DNA of 64,000 nt from Dethiobacter sp. (GTDB lineage Bacteria; Bacillota; Dethiobacteria; Dethiobacterales; Dethiobacteraceae), in NCBI GenBank assembly GCA_018333455.1, contig JAGXTN010000058.1:3513-67512 (forward strand), given 5' to 3'. How positions within the stretch are numbered: the stretch's first letter is position 1; each line of letters starts with the position of its first letter. Shown one piece after another: positions 1-8,948 of this stretch. Both the position numbers and the translations under genes were made by a program. The notes beneath the pieces were generated by a model, which was not told where the DNA came from, made no database searches, and saw only the letters and a list, made by a program, of their open reading frames with translations.

Positions 1-765
1 GCCGACACCACTGACGTTATAAGTTACGGCGACAGCGCCCATCACGGTGGGGATGTGCAGGATCTGGTTTGGTGCTACCTGGGCCATTTGTTCATCTGTC
101 AGGTGCGCATCGGTACCGGCAAAGTCAAAGGTTCTGGCGAGGATGCCTCTGATCCCGGCGCCTGAGCCGACTGAAGCGTAATCGATAGTTACGGCCGGGT
201 TGGTGATGCGCCGGTATTCAGTTACCAAGCGAGTGTAAAGGGGGAAGGGAAAGGTAGCGCCGCCTGTCGTCAGACGCAGCGCCTGTTCAACGGGTGTGCG
301 CCGGCGGGATGCTTCCGTGCTGGCAATGCGGACGATGGCTCTGGCGCTGTCCCATTCTACTTGGGCGCCAAGCGCTTCGCCAACGAAGCGGAGCGGTACA
401 AGCGTGCGGCCGTTGTTGATTTGGGCCGGCTGTTCGAGAGCAACGGAACGACCATCGACTGTTGCCGTTCTGCTGCCGATGACTAGGTTGATGACTCTGC
501 CGGCTTTGTTACCGGAAACAGTTCTGGTGGATTCGTTCCAGTTTACATCGGCGCCCAGCGTTTCAAAGATAACCCGCATGGGTACCAGTGTGCGGCCTCC
601 GATGATGATGGGGGAGACGTCACCTGTGATGCCACGTCCGTCAAACTCGATGGAGATGGGCCTTCTCGTCTGCGTGAATGCCGCAGCCGGTAAGAGGGAG
701 ACCAGGATAGCAAGACAGATTAAAACCGTAAAAAAACTCGAAAAAGATGTCTTTCTTTTCATCAT
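1..765 (-). CDS. pstS: PstS-like phosphate ABC substrate-binding protein with a signal peptide and an N-terminal copper-amine-oxidase-N-like (stalk) domain. The 3' end runs off the window.
   Basis: Absent from the ORF track because it is open at the window edge. The reverse-complement translation from the ATG at 765 reads MMKRKTSFSSFFTVLICLAILVSLLPAAAF. It then shows the paired motifs GRTLVPMRVIFETLGADVNW and GRTLVPLRFVGEALGAQVEW. It continues with TGGATFPFPLY..IDYASVGSGAGIRGI..FDFAGTDAHLTDEQ..IPTVMGAVAV, which closely parallels E. coli PstS. A GGAGG RBS lies about 11 nt upstream. Confidence 0.8.
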   Translation of the reverse strand, partial: MMKRKTSFSSFFTVLICLAILVSLLPAAAFTQTRRPISIEFDGRGITGDVSPIIIGGRTLVPMRVIFETLGADVNWNESTRTVSGNKAGRVINLVIGSRTATVDGRSVALEQPAQINNGRTLVPLRFVGEALGAQVEWDSARAIVRIASTEASRRRTPVEQALRLTTGGATFPFPLYTRLVTEYRRITNPAVTIDYASVGSGAGIRGILARTFDFAGTDAHLTDEQMAQVAPNQILHIPTVMGAVAVTYNVSGVG

Positions 766-815
766 GTACTTTTTTGCCTCCTCGGAAGATTTATAAAACA
801 AGCTTAACAAATCTT

Positions 816-854
816 TGTTAAAAACAAACGGTGTTACCGTTAAGGGAATGTTAA
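816..854 (-). promoter_or_regulatory. Candidate PhoP-type Pho boxes upstream of the pstS-like gene
   Basis: On the - strand, TTAACA (849-854), TTAACG (838-843) and TTAACA (816-821) lie in 11-nt phase (0, 11, 33 nt). They are 50-90 nt upstream of the start codon. Confidence 0.3.
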
Positions 855-970
855 ATTTTGGCGAGAAGAAATAAATAAGGGTTTCAGGTGATATAACTGC
901 TTTTTTAGAAATTTTTAGCAGTAGTTTTAAAAATGAAGAAGGAATCTCAAAAATAGCGTTGAATTGTACA

Positions 971-1000
971 AAAGTGGTTCAAAGTGGGGAAAAGTGGGGG
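971..1000 (+). promoter_or_regulatory. Candidate MraZ operator: three tandem 10-nt phased AAAGTGG repeats
   Basis: aaagtggttc / aaagtgggga / aaagtggggg are exactly contiguous and end 25 nt before the mraZ ATG. MraZ is known to bind phased direct repeats (GTGGG-type in E. coli, AAAGTG-type in Mollicutes). Confidence 0.6.
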
Positions 1001-1025
1001 ATTGCTCGGAGAGGGGTGAATTTCT

Positions 1026-1457
1026 ATGTTCATGGGAGAACATCAGCATGCGGTTGACAGTAAAGGCCGCCTGATTATGCCTGTCAAATTCCGTGAGGAT
1101 TTGGGGGAGAGTTTTGTTGTTACCCGTGGACTGGAAAGCTGCCTTTTTGTCTATCCCCTGCAAGAGTGGCATCTTTTAACTGAGAAGTTAAAGGATTTGC
1201 CTTTTACCAAGGCTGATGCCCGGGCTTTTATGCGCTTCTTCTTTTCCGGTGCGGTGAACTGTGAACTAGACAAGCAGGGTCGGATTTTGATTCCCAATAA
1301 TTTAAGGGAGCATGCAAAATTGGTTAAAGATGTGATGGTCATTGGTGTCTCCAACCGAGTGGAAATCTGGAGCCAGGAAGTATGGGACGAGTACAGCCGG
1401 CAGACCGGACTTTCCTATGAAGATATTGCTGAAAAAATGATTGATCTTGCGCTATAG
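1026..1457 (+). CDS. mraZ: Transcriptional regulator MraZ
   Basis: 143 aa. [24 protein letters not shown] plus a second DKQGRILIP repeat are typical of MraZ. It is the first gene of the dcw cluster. Confidence 0.95.
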   Translation: MFMGEHQHAVDSKGRLIMPVKFREDLGESFVVTRGLESCLFVYPLQEWHLLTEKLKDLPFTKADARAFMRFFFSGAVNCELDKQGRILIPNNLREHAKLVKDVMVIGVSNRVEIWSQEVWDEYSRQTGLSYEDIAEKMIDLAL

Positions 1458-2462
1458 ATGGCAATACTAGTCGGAATAACGCGATGTAAGGATGTGGGCA
1501 AATTGCTGTTTTCGCATGAGCCGGTGCTGTTAAAGCAGACACTTGAGCTTCTAAACCCGCAGCCGGGTGAGGTTTTCGTGGATGGTACCGTGGGTGGCGG
1601 AGGGCATAGCCGGGCGATTCTGGAGAAGATTGGTAGCAACGGACGCCTAATCGCCATTGACCAAGATCAAAACGCGCTGGCAGCCGCAGAAAAAAGCTTA
1701 GCGCCCTGGAGAAATAATGTTACTTTTGTTCATGATAATTTTGCTAACATCAGGAATGTTTTGAAATCACTGCAGCTGAATAAAGTGGACGGCATCTTGC
1801 TGGATATCGGTGTTTCAAGCCACCAGCTAGATGAGGATGAGCGTGGATTTTCCTTCCACGCAAATGCGCCGCTTGATATGCGCATGAATCAAGGTGCTGC
1901 TCTGACGGCAGCCGATTTGGTTAACCGGCTGGACGAAAGAGAACTCACGAGAATACTGCGTGATTTTGGCGAGGAACTCTGGGCCGGCAGGATTGCCGCG
2001 TTTATTGTGGCCAGTCGAAAAACGAAGGGGCCGATTGAAACGACGAGCCAACTGGTAGAAGTAATTAAAGCGGCAATCCCGGCAAAAGCCAGGCGCCGCG
2101 GTCCGCACCCGGCACGCCGCACATTCCAGGCGCTGCGTATTGCAGTTAATGACGAGCTGGCACTGCTGGAGAAAGGCGTCCATGAAGGGATATCCTGCTT
2201 GCGCCATAAAGGGCGGCTGGCAGTGATTACCTTTCACTCACTGGAAGATAGAATCGTCAAGAAAATCTTTCAGTATGCCGCCGCAGATTGCCACTGTCCG
2301 CCTGGTTTGCCGCAATGTGTGTGCAGCAAGGAAGCACTGGTAACAATCTTGACAGGGAAACCGGTGCAAGCCACGGAGGAAGAGTTGTTAAATAATCCTC
2401 GAGCCCGCAGCGCTAAGCTGCGCGCGGTAAGGAAAGTTCTAGAAGAGAGCGAGGGTGAATAG
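1458..2462 (+). CDS. rsmH: 16S rRNA (cytosine1402-N4)-methyltransferase RsmH
   Basis: HEPVLL..DGTVGGGGHS..DIGVSSHQLD..RGFSF motifs. The start is ambiguous; a GTG at 1494 is an alternative. Confidence 0.93.
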   Translation: MAILVGITRCKDVGKLLFSHEPVLLKQTLELLNPQPGEVFVDGTVGGGGHSRAILEKIGSNGRLIAIDQDQNALAAAEKSLAPWRNNVTFVHDNFANIRNVLKSLQLNKVDGILLDIGVSSHQLDEDERGFSFHANAPLDMRMNQGAALTAADLVNRLDERELTRILRDFGEELWAGRIAAFIVASRKTKGPIETTSQLVEVIKAAIPAKARRRGPHPARRTFQALRIAVNDELALLEKGVHEGISCLRHKGRLAVITFHSLEDRIVKKIFQYAAADCHCPPGLPQCVCSKEALVTILTGKPVQATEEELLNNPRARSAKLRAVRKVLEESEGE

Positions 2463-2464
2463 AA

Positions 2465-2839
2465 TTGTTAGTAGCGAAAAAACAGGTGTCGCAATCATTT
2501 TCGCCCGGAAGGCAACATGTTCAAAGGGTGGCGGCGCGGCAGCAACATTCTCTCCGGCTGGCAGAGCAGAAAGCAAAAATGATTAGTTTTATGCTAGTCT
2601 TTGCGCTGATAGCAGTTGCCCTGGTGGCGCATTTTACATATCTAGTCGATGTAAATCATCGTATAGGTCGCAGTATGGAAGAATTGCGCGCTTTACAGGA
2701 TGAAGGTAAGCATTTAAAATTAGAAATGGCGTCTCTGCAGTCGCCTGAGCGCCTGGAAAAGCTGGCGTTGGAAATGGGGCTGAAGTATCCTGGGCAGGAA
2801 CAGCTGGTGATTCTGACGGCTGTTGCCGCCGGGAATTAA
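2465..2839 (+). CDS. ftsL: FtsL-like septum formation initiator (single TM helix plus coiled coil)
   Basis: Position between rsmH and the PBP gene. One hydrophobic helix (ISFMLVFALIAVALVAHF) is followed by a heptad-like region. TTG start with a GAGGGTGA RBS. Confidence 0.75.
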   Translation: MLVAKKQVSQSFSPGRQHVQRVAARQQHSLRLAEQKAKMISFMLVFALIAVALVAHFTYLVDVNHRIGRSMEELRALQDEGKHLKLEMASLQSPERLEKLALEMGLKYPGQEQLVILTAVAAGN

Positions 2840-2895
2840 TTAACAGTTACGCGTCCATATTAAAGAGCTGCGTCATGATTCGGGAGGGTTAGCTT

Positions 2896-5010
2896 TTGAA
2901 ACGAAACACAGTAGCAAGCACGACTGTGCGAAGAAGACTAATCTTTCTTTTTGGCTGTGCCGTACTGGCAGTTTTTGCATTGACTTTGCGGCTGTTTTGG
3001 ATTCAGGTGGTGATTGCGGGAGATTTGCGGGCTAAGGCCTGGGATCAGTTAATGCGCAGAGAACGAGTGATTGCGCCCCGCGGCGATATTTTCGACCGAA
3101 ACGGCAGGCTTTTGGCGGGCAGTGCCAGTTCGGTGTCTGTGCTGGCTTATCCGGCGCAAATTACAGACAAAGAAGAAGCGGCGCGCCTTTTGGCTCCAAT
3201 CTTGGCTCTTGATGAAGCCGTTTTGCTTGAGCGGCTGAGCAAAAGGACAGGAGGCGTTTACCTGCGGCGCAAAATAACTGAGGAAGCTGCTTTGGAAATC
3301 CGCAAGCTGGGGCTTGCCGGCATCCGTTTTACCTTGGAACCTAAGCGGTACTACCCGCACAACAATTTGGCGTCTCAGCTGATCGGTTTTATGGGTCTAG
3401 ATGACGGGAGAAGCGGGCTGGAATATAAGTATGAGCAGGAACTCAGAGGCCGAGATGGGCTGATAACTTTTGAAAGTGACGGACTAGGTCGCCAAATCCC
3501 GCAGGGTGTGCAGAATTATACACCGCCTGTTGATGGCAACGATCTGTTCTTGACTATTGATCGCAATATCCAGTTTATTGTGGAGCAGGAAATGGCACGA
3601 ACCATGCTGGAACTGCAGCCTAAGGGAATCAACGTGATTGCCTTAGATCCTCGCACCGGCGAGGTTTTGGCCATTGCCGGCACCCCAAATTTTGATCCGA
3701 ATAATTTTGCTGACTACCCGGAGAAGAACTGGAGGCTCTCGCCTATCACCGACACTTTTGAACCGGGCTCCACTTTTAAACTGGTAACGTTGGCGGCTGC
3801 GATTGAAGAAGGTCAATTCCGTGCCAATGAAGGCTTTTACTGCTCCGGTTCAATGGTAGTCGCCGGCAGGATGATTGGTTGTTGGACTAGAAGCCGGGGC
3901 GGACATGGAGCAATAAATTTTACCGAAGTTGTCCTAGGTTCCTGTAACCCCGGGTTTATCACTTTAGGCCAGCGGATTACAGCGCCAAAGCTATTGCAAT
4001 ACATAGAAGCTTTTGGTTTTGGTCAGCGCTCCGGTATTGACGCCATTGGCGAAGGTGTTGGTATTTTGTTTACACCGGAACAATTGGGGCCGGTGGAGGC
4101 AGCCACCACAACCTTTGGGCAGGGCATTTCTGTTACGCCGCTGCAGCAGGTGATGGCAGTGGCGGCCATGGCTAATGGCGGCTATCTGATGAGGCCATAT
4201 GTCGTCAGGGAAATTCGAGACAGTCAAGGCGTCACAGTTCGCAAGAATGAACCCCAAGTCGTGCGCCGCGTTGTTTCCGGGGCGACTGCTAGGGAAGTTA
4301 CCAGGATTATGGAACTGGTAGTTACTGAGGGCAGCGGAATTAATGCTTTTATCGAAGGCTATCGGCTGGCGGGAAAAACTGGGACTGCTCAGAAAATAGG
4401 TGCTGACGGCCGTTATATTGCCGGGGAATATATTCTTTCTTTTATCGGCTTTGCTCCGGCGGAGGAGCCGCAAGTTTTGATTTATATCGCTGTCGATGCT
4501 CCACAGGTTGGGGTACAGTGGGGGTCTTTGGTGGCGGCACCAATGTTTAAGCAAATGATGGAGCGTATTTTGGCTTATTTAGATATCCCGCCGGCAGGCA
4601 ACATGAAAAATGAGCCGCCCAAAATGGTGAATGTGCCTGATTTAGTCGGCTTGACGGTCGATGAGGCAAGTGCGCTTCTTGATTCAGCCGGACTACTGAT
4701 TCGTTTTGTCGGCAGCGGCGGGGAGATACTGAATCAGACGCCTAAGGCGGGGGCAAAAGTGCCGCTGCATACGCAAATATTGGCTCATCTTGGCGGACAG
4801 GAGGCTCAAGGAGAAGTGCTTGTGCCGGCCTTGGCAGGGAAAACTATGCGTGAAGCAGGAGAAATATTGGGTTGGCTCGGTTTAAGGATGAATAGCAGCG
4901 GGTCCGGTGTGGCAGTGAGCCAGGATCCGGAGCCGCAGTCACTGGTGCCGACAGATAGCATTGTTAATGTAAAGTTTACTTCTCCCGGCGAAACGGAAGA
5001 GGAGAGCTAG
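2896..5010 (+). CDS. Class B penicillin-binding protein (FtsI/PBP2B/SpoVD family) with two C-terminal PASTA domains
   Basis: STFK, SCN and KTGT transpeptidase motifs. Two PASTA-like repeats (VPDLVGLTVDEA..., VPALAGKTMREA...). Confidence 0.93.
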   Translation: MKRNTVASTTVRRRLIFLFGCAVLAVFALTLRLFWIQVVIAGDLRAKAWDQLMRRERVIAPRGDIFDRNGRLLAGSASSVSVLAYPAQITDKEEAARLLAPILALDEAVLLERLSKRTGGVYLRRKITEEAALEIRKLGLAGIRFTLEPKRYYPHNNLASQLIGFMGLDDGRSGLEYKYEQELRGRDGLITFESDGLGRQIPQGVQNYTPPVDGNDLFLTIDRNIQFIVEQEMARTMLELQPKGINVIALDPRTGEVLAIAGTPNFDPNNFADYPEKNWRLSPITDTFEPGSTFKLVTLAAAIEEGQFRANEGFYCSGSMVVAGRMIGCWTRSRGGHGAINFTEVVLGSCNPGFITLGQRITAPKLLQYIEAFGFGQRSGIDAIGEGVGILFTPEQLGPVEAATTTFGQGISVTPLQQVMAVAAMANGGYLMRPYVVREIRDSQGVTVRKNEPQVVRRVVSGATAREVTRIMELVVTEGSGINAFIEGYRLAGKTGTAQKIGADGRYIAGEYILSFIGFAPAEEPQVLIYIAVDAPQVGVQWGSLVAAPMFKQMMERILAYLDIPPAGNMKNEPPKMVNVPDLVGLTVDEASALLDSAGLLIRFVGSGGEILNQTPKAGAKVPLHTQILAHLGGQEAQGEVLVPALAGKTMREAGEILGWLGLRMNSSGSGVAVSQDPEPQSLVPTDSIVNVKFTSPGETEEES

Positions 5011-5029
5011 GCGCCAACGGCGCCTAGCT
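5005..5029 (+). terminator. Perfect 11-bp stem, 3-nt loop hairpin overlapping the PBP stop codon (possible partial terminator or processing site)
   Basis: agctaggcgcc-aac-ggcgcctagct, followed only by a short TT(T) tract. Confidence 0.35.
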
Positions 5030-5091
5030 TTGCCGTAAAACTATAGATTTTACGGGCATGATTGCAGCAATGAGGGGGGAATACTAGCAAC

Positions 5092-6618
5092 ATGAAAACT
5101 CTTGCTGAGCTGGTTAAGGTATTACTTCATAAAGAGGTCCGGGGGCCTGTTGAGCTAGCCGTGAGCGGGCTTGCTTATCATTCCGGCCAAGTTAAGCCGG
5201 GAGATGTATTTTTTTGTCTGCCCGGTGCCCGGTCGCACGGCAGGCGTTATGTGGCAGAGGCGGAAGCTGCGGGTGCCGTAGCAATAGTTACCGACTTGCC
5301 GGAAGTGGAGACGTCGCTCACATTAGTCAGGGTGCCGGAAACAAGAATGGCGTTAGCCCTTCTTTCGGCTCATTTTTATGACTATCCCTCGCGAGAACTG
5401 GTGTTGACCGGTGTTACAGGGACGAATGGAAAAACAACGGTCACACACTTAATTGATGCGTTGCTGGCGAATAGTGGCGCCACCACTGGTTTAATCGGCA
5501 CGGTACGCTATCATATCGGCGGTGTGGAATATCCTTCATTGGCTACTACACCGGAAGCTAATGAGTTGCAGGCGTTGTTGCGCAGGATGCGTACAGCAGG
5601 CGTGACTTATGCCACGATGGAGGTTTCCTCCCATGCGCTGGCTTTGCAGAGAACTATTGGCTGTGATTTCGACACGGTGGTCTTGACAAATGTGACAGAA
5701 GACCACCTTGACTTTCACCAGACTTTTGAGCACTATTTAAAGAGCAAAATTAAACTATTTTCCTCGCTAGGTTCATTTCCGTTGAAAGAAGGCCGTCCTC
5801 GCCGGGCTGTAGTTAACGGAGATGATGCGCACTGGACGCATTTTGCGGAACAGACGCCGGCGGAAGTGCTTCTGTATGGCCTTTCTCCTCGCTGCCATAT
5901 CCGCGCGTCTGCAGTCCAAGTTTTACGGGAAGGTGTCAGCTTCCGATTAGATACGCCGACAGCCTTCACAACGATTAAATTGAAAATGACCGGCTTATTT
6001 TCCGTTTATAATGCCTTGGCAGCGACAGCAGTAGCCTATCTGGAGGGTCTCTCCCTTGTCCAGATTAAAGCTGTGTTGGAGGGAGTCAGCGGGATTCCCG
6101 GGCGCTTTGAGCTGGTGGATGCGGGGCAGGATTTTACGGTGATTGTCGATTACGCCCACACGCCAGATGGTTTGGAAAATGTACTGCGGGCTGTGCGGGA
6201 GTTTGCGCCTGCCCGGGTGTTGACTGTTTTTGGCTGTGGGGGCGATCGTGACCGGACAAAGCGGCCGTTGATGGGTGAAGAGGCGGGAAGATACAGCGAC
6301 TATTGCGTAGTCACCTCGGATAATCCGCGGACGGAAGAGCCGGAGGAAATTATCGCTGAAATACTGCCGGGACTGCTGCGAACGATAGGCGCGGGCGGTT
6401 TCGAAATTCAGCCCGACAGAAGAGACGCGATCGCCCGGGCGCTGCAGCTGGCCCAGGCAAATGATATTGTGGTGATTGCCGGCAAAGGTCATGAGACAAC
6501 GCAAATATTTTCCGAGCGAACTATTCCTTTTGACGATCGGCAGATTGCCAGGGAACTGATTCAAAGGCGGGGAGAAACCAATGGAGATGACACTAAGGGA
6601 AATTTGCGCGGCAGTTGA
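5092..6618 (+). CDS. murE: UDP-N-acetylmuramoyl-L-alanyl-D-glutamate--2,6-diaminopimelate ligase MurE
   Basis: GVTGTNGKTT P-loop and a DNPR motif (meso-DAP type). dcw context. Confidence 0.95.
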   Translation: MKTLAELVKVLLHKEVRGPVELAVSGLAYHSGQVKPGDVFFCLPGARSHGRRYVAEAEAAGAVAIVTDLPEVETSLTLVRVPETRMALALLSAHFYDYPSRELVLTGVTGTNGKTTVTHLIDALLANSGATTGLIGTVRYHIGGVEYPSLATTPEANELQALLRRMRTAGVTYATMEVSSHALALQRTIGCDFDTVVLTNVTEDHLDFHQTFEHYLKSKIKLFSSLGSFPLKEGRPRRAVVNGDDAHWTHFAEQTPAEVLLYGLSPRCHIRASAVQVLREGVSFRLDTPTAFTTIKLKMTGLFSVYNALAATAVAYLEGLSLVQIKAVLEGVSGIPGRFELVDAGQDFTVIVDYAHTPDGLENVLRAVREFAPARVLTVFGCGGDRDRTKRPLMGEEAGRYSDYCVVTSDNPRTEEPEEIIAEILPGLLRTIGAGGFEIQPDRRDAIARALQLAQANDIVVIAGKGHETTQIFSERTIPFDDRQIARELIQRRGETNGDDTKGNLRGS

Positions 6619-7972
6619 CGGCAGGCTGCTTGTCCCAGCTTTGCCGGAGAGAAGAGTAAACAGGCTAAGTATTGATTCGCGGGTTATTGGCGCTGCAGAT
6701 TTTTTTGTTCCGTTACCCGGAACAAGAACTGACGGCCATGAATTTATCGCGCAAGCGGCTCAAAACGGTGCCATCGGCTGTTTTTCGGCTCTGGGAAAAA
6801 CTGCTGCTTATCCGCAGGGGATGACAGTAATCGGAGTGCCGAGCCCGCTTTTGGCTCTGCAACAGTTAGCAGCAGTATATCGGCAAAAATTTGTCTTGCC
6901 GGTGGTGGCTGTTACAGGCTCAGTGGGAAAAACTACTACTAAAGAACTGATCGCGGCAGTTCTCTCCGTGACTATGAAGACCTTAAAAACGGAGGGAAAT
7001 TTGAATAATCATCTTGGCGTGCCACTGATGCTTTCACGGTTAGATTCCAGCCATCAGGCGGCAGTGCTGGAAATGGGCATGAGCGGCTTTGGAGAGATTG
7101 ACCTGCTGGCACGGCTTGCCCGGCCTAGCGTGGCAGTGATTACCAATATAGGTGAATCACATTTGGAAATGGTGGGCAGCCGCCAAGGAATTGCCAAGGC
7201 AAAGTGTGAGCTTCTTCCCCACGTTCCGCTAACCGGGACGGTGGTAGCAAACGCCGACGAACGGTTACTTGTTCCGTATTTAGAGCAAGTCGGCTGCCAG
7301 GTGATTACTTTTGGTTTTTCAGAGGCTGCCATAGTGCGCTGCGTTGCTACCCGTAAAGATCAAGGGCAGAGGATCGTGCAGATTGAGCAGGTAGGGTTTG
7401 AGCCGTTAACACTGCTTTCTCCCCTGCCCGGACGCCATAACATCTGCAATTTAATGGCGGCGCTGGCAGTAGGCAGATTGCTGGGGTTGACAGATGAAGA
7501 ATTTGCTGCCGGGTTGGCTAGAGTATCTTTAAGCGGGATGCGCTTGGAGAAGGTACAGACACCGGCAGGGATTAATGTACTAAATGACGCATATAACGCC
7601 AGCCCCACTTCGATGGTAGCAGCCATGGACGTTTTAATGGAACAGGCGGGAGGCGCCGCGAAAATCGCGGTGCTGGGCGATATGTTGGAGTTGGGTTGGC
7701 TGGAAGAGGAAGGACACAGGAAAATCGGTAGTTTAGTGGCGGCCCATGCTGTGGACGTCTTGATTGTCCTAGGTAAGCGTGCGCAAATAATTGCTGATGC
7801 CGCCATAGCCGCAGGCTATCCCGTTGAACGGGTGTTTCGGCCCGAAGCTCATGGTGATGCCGCAGATTTAATTGTGCAAGTGGCAAATCCCGGCGACTGG
7901 GTGTTGTTGAAGGGGTCTCGCGGCATGAGGATGGAAGCTGTTTTGGCGGAGTTGTTGGAGGGGAAACAATGA
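6581..7972 (+). CDS. murF: UDP-N-acetylmuramoyl-tripeptide--D-alanyl-D-alanine ligase MurF
   Basis: VTGSVGKTTTKE P-loop. dcw context. Overlaps the murE 3' end by 38 nt. Confidence 0.93.
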   Translation: MEMTLREICAAVDGRLLVPALPERRVNRLSIDSRVIGAADFFVPLPGTRTDGHEFIAQAAQNGAIGCFSALGKTAAYPQGMTVIGVPSPLLALQQLAAVYRQKFVLPVVAVTGSVGKTTTKELIAAVLSVTMKTLKTEGNLNNHLGVPLMLSRLDSSHQAAVLEMGMSGFGEIDLLARLARPSVAVITNIGESHLEMVGSRQGIAKAKCELLPHVPLTGTVVANADERLLVPYLEQVGCQVITFGFSEAAIVRCVATRKDQGQRIVQIEQVGFEPLTLLSPLPGRHNICNLMAALAVGRLLGLTDEEFAAGLARVSLSGMRLEKVQTPAGINVLNDAYNASPTSMVAAMDVLMEQAGGAAKIAVLGDMLELGWLEEEGHRKIGSLVAAHAVDVLIVLGKRAQIIADAAIAAGYPVERVFRPEAHGDAADLIVQVANPGDWVLLKGSRGMRMEAVLAELLEGKQ

Positions 7973-8931
7973 ACCAGGTTTTAACACAGACAGCTTTATT
8001 GGCTTTTTTGGCGGGGATTATTTTGGCCCCGCTGTTTATTCGTCTCTTTCGACAATTAGATCTGGGACAACAGATCAGGGAGGATGGGCCACGTAAGCAC
8101 TTTAAAAAAGCAGGCACTCCGACGATGGGCGGTGTAATTTTTCTGTTAGCTTTTTTGCCGCCTGTGCTGATTTTCGCGCCGCAAACTTTGCCACTCTACT
8201 TAGCTGTGCTGATGACGCTTGGCAACGGATTGGTGGGGTTTTTTGACGATTATCTGAAAGTGGTACGCAAACAGTCATTGGGACTTAAGGCACGCAGTAA
8301 ACTACTGGGCCAGCTTTTACTTGTGGTGTTGTTTTTTATTGCCTGGCGCGGGCTGGGAGGGGACACGACGCTGGAGATTCCTTTTACCATAGCTGTCGTT
8401 GATTTAGGAGGAATAGGCTATTTTTTCTTTCTTGTCCTGTTTTTCCTCGGCACGACTAATGCCGTTAATTTGACGGACGGTATTGATGGGCTGGCCGCAG
8501 GTACTGCCATTTTAGCATTCTTAGCTTATACGATTTTGGCCGGCGCCCAGGAATCAGTTGCTCTTGCTCAATTTGGTGCGGCGATGATTGGCGGAGTTTT
8601 TGCCTTCTTGATATATAATTTGCATCCTGCCCGCGTTTTTATGGGTGATGTCGGTTCTTTGGCACTAGGCGGCGCGCTGGCCTCCATGGCTGTGCTGACT
8701 AAAACAGAACTTTATCTAGTCATTATCGGCGGAGTGTTTGTTCTGGAAACTCTCTCTGTGATTATTCAGGTAATCTTTTTCAAGTTGACAGGCAAACGGG
8801 TCTTTCGCATGAGTCCCCTCCATCATCACTATGAACTGGGCGGACATGGCGAGTGGCGAGTTGTTACAGGCTTTTGGGCGGTAGGCTTTTTGTTTGCCGT
8901 AGTGGGGCTGTTGGAATTGGGAGCACTGTAG
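7969..8931 (+). CDS. mraY: Phospho-N-acetylmuramoyl-pentapeptide transferase MraY
   Basis: Polytopic membrane protein with KxGTPTMGG, NAVNLTDGIDGLA and HHHYE motifs. Confidence 0.96.
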   Translation: MNQVLTQTALLAFLAGIILAPLFIRLFRQLDLGQQIREDGPRKHFKKAGTPTMGGVIFLLAFLPPVLIFAPQTLPLYLAVLMTLGNGLVGFFDDYLKVVRKQSLGLKARSKLLGQLLLVVLFFIAWRGLGGDTTLEIPFTIAVVDLGGIGYFFFLVLFFLGTTNAVNLTDGIDGLAAGTAILAFLAYTILAGAQESVALAQFGAAMIGGVFAFLIYNLHPARVFMGDVGSLALGGALASMAVLTKTELYLVIIGGVFVLETLSVIIQVIFFKLTGKRVFRMSPLHHHYELGGHGEWRVVTGFWAVGFLFAVVGLLELGAL

Positions 8932-8948
8932 GGAAAGGAAGATAAGCT

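Noticed and set aside
296-796. 166-aa + strand ORF listed in the track at the left edge
   Set aside because: It is antisense to a much better-supported - strand gene (PstS-like, clear motifs, RBS, signal peptide). Its own translation is Arg/Ser/Ala/Thr/Pro-rich with no recognisable motif or RBS.
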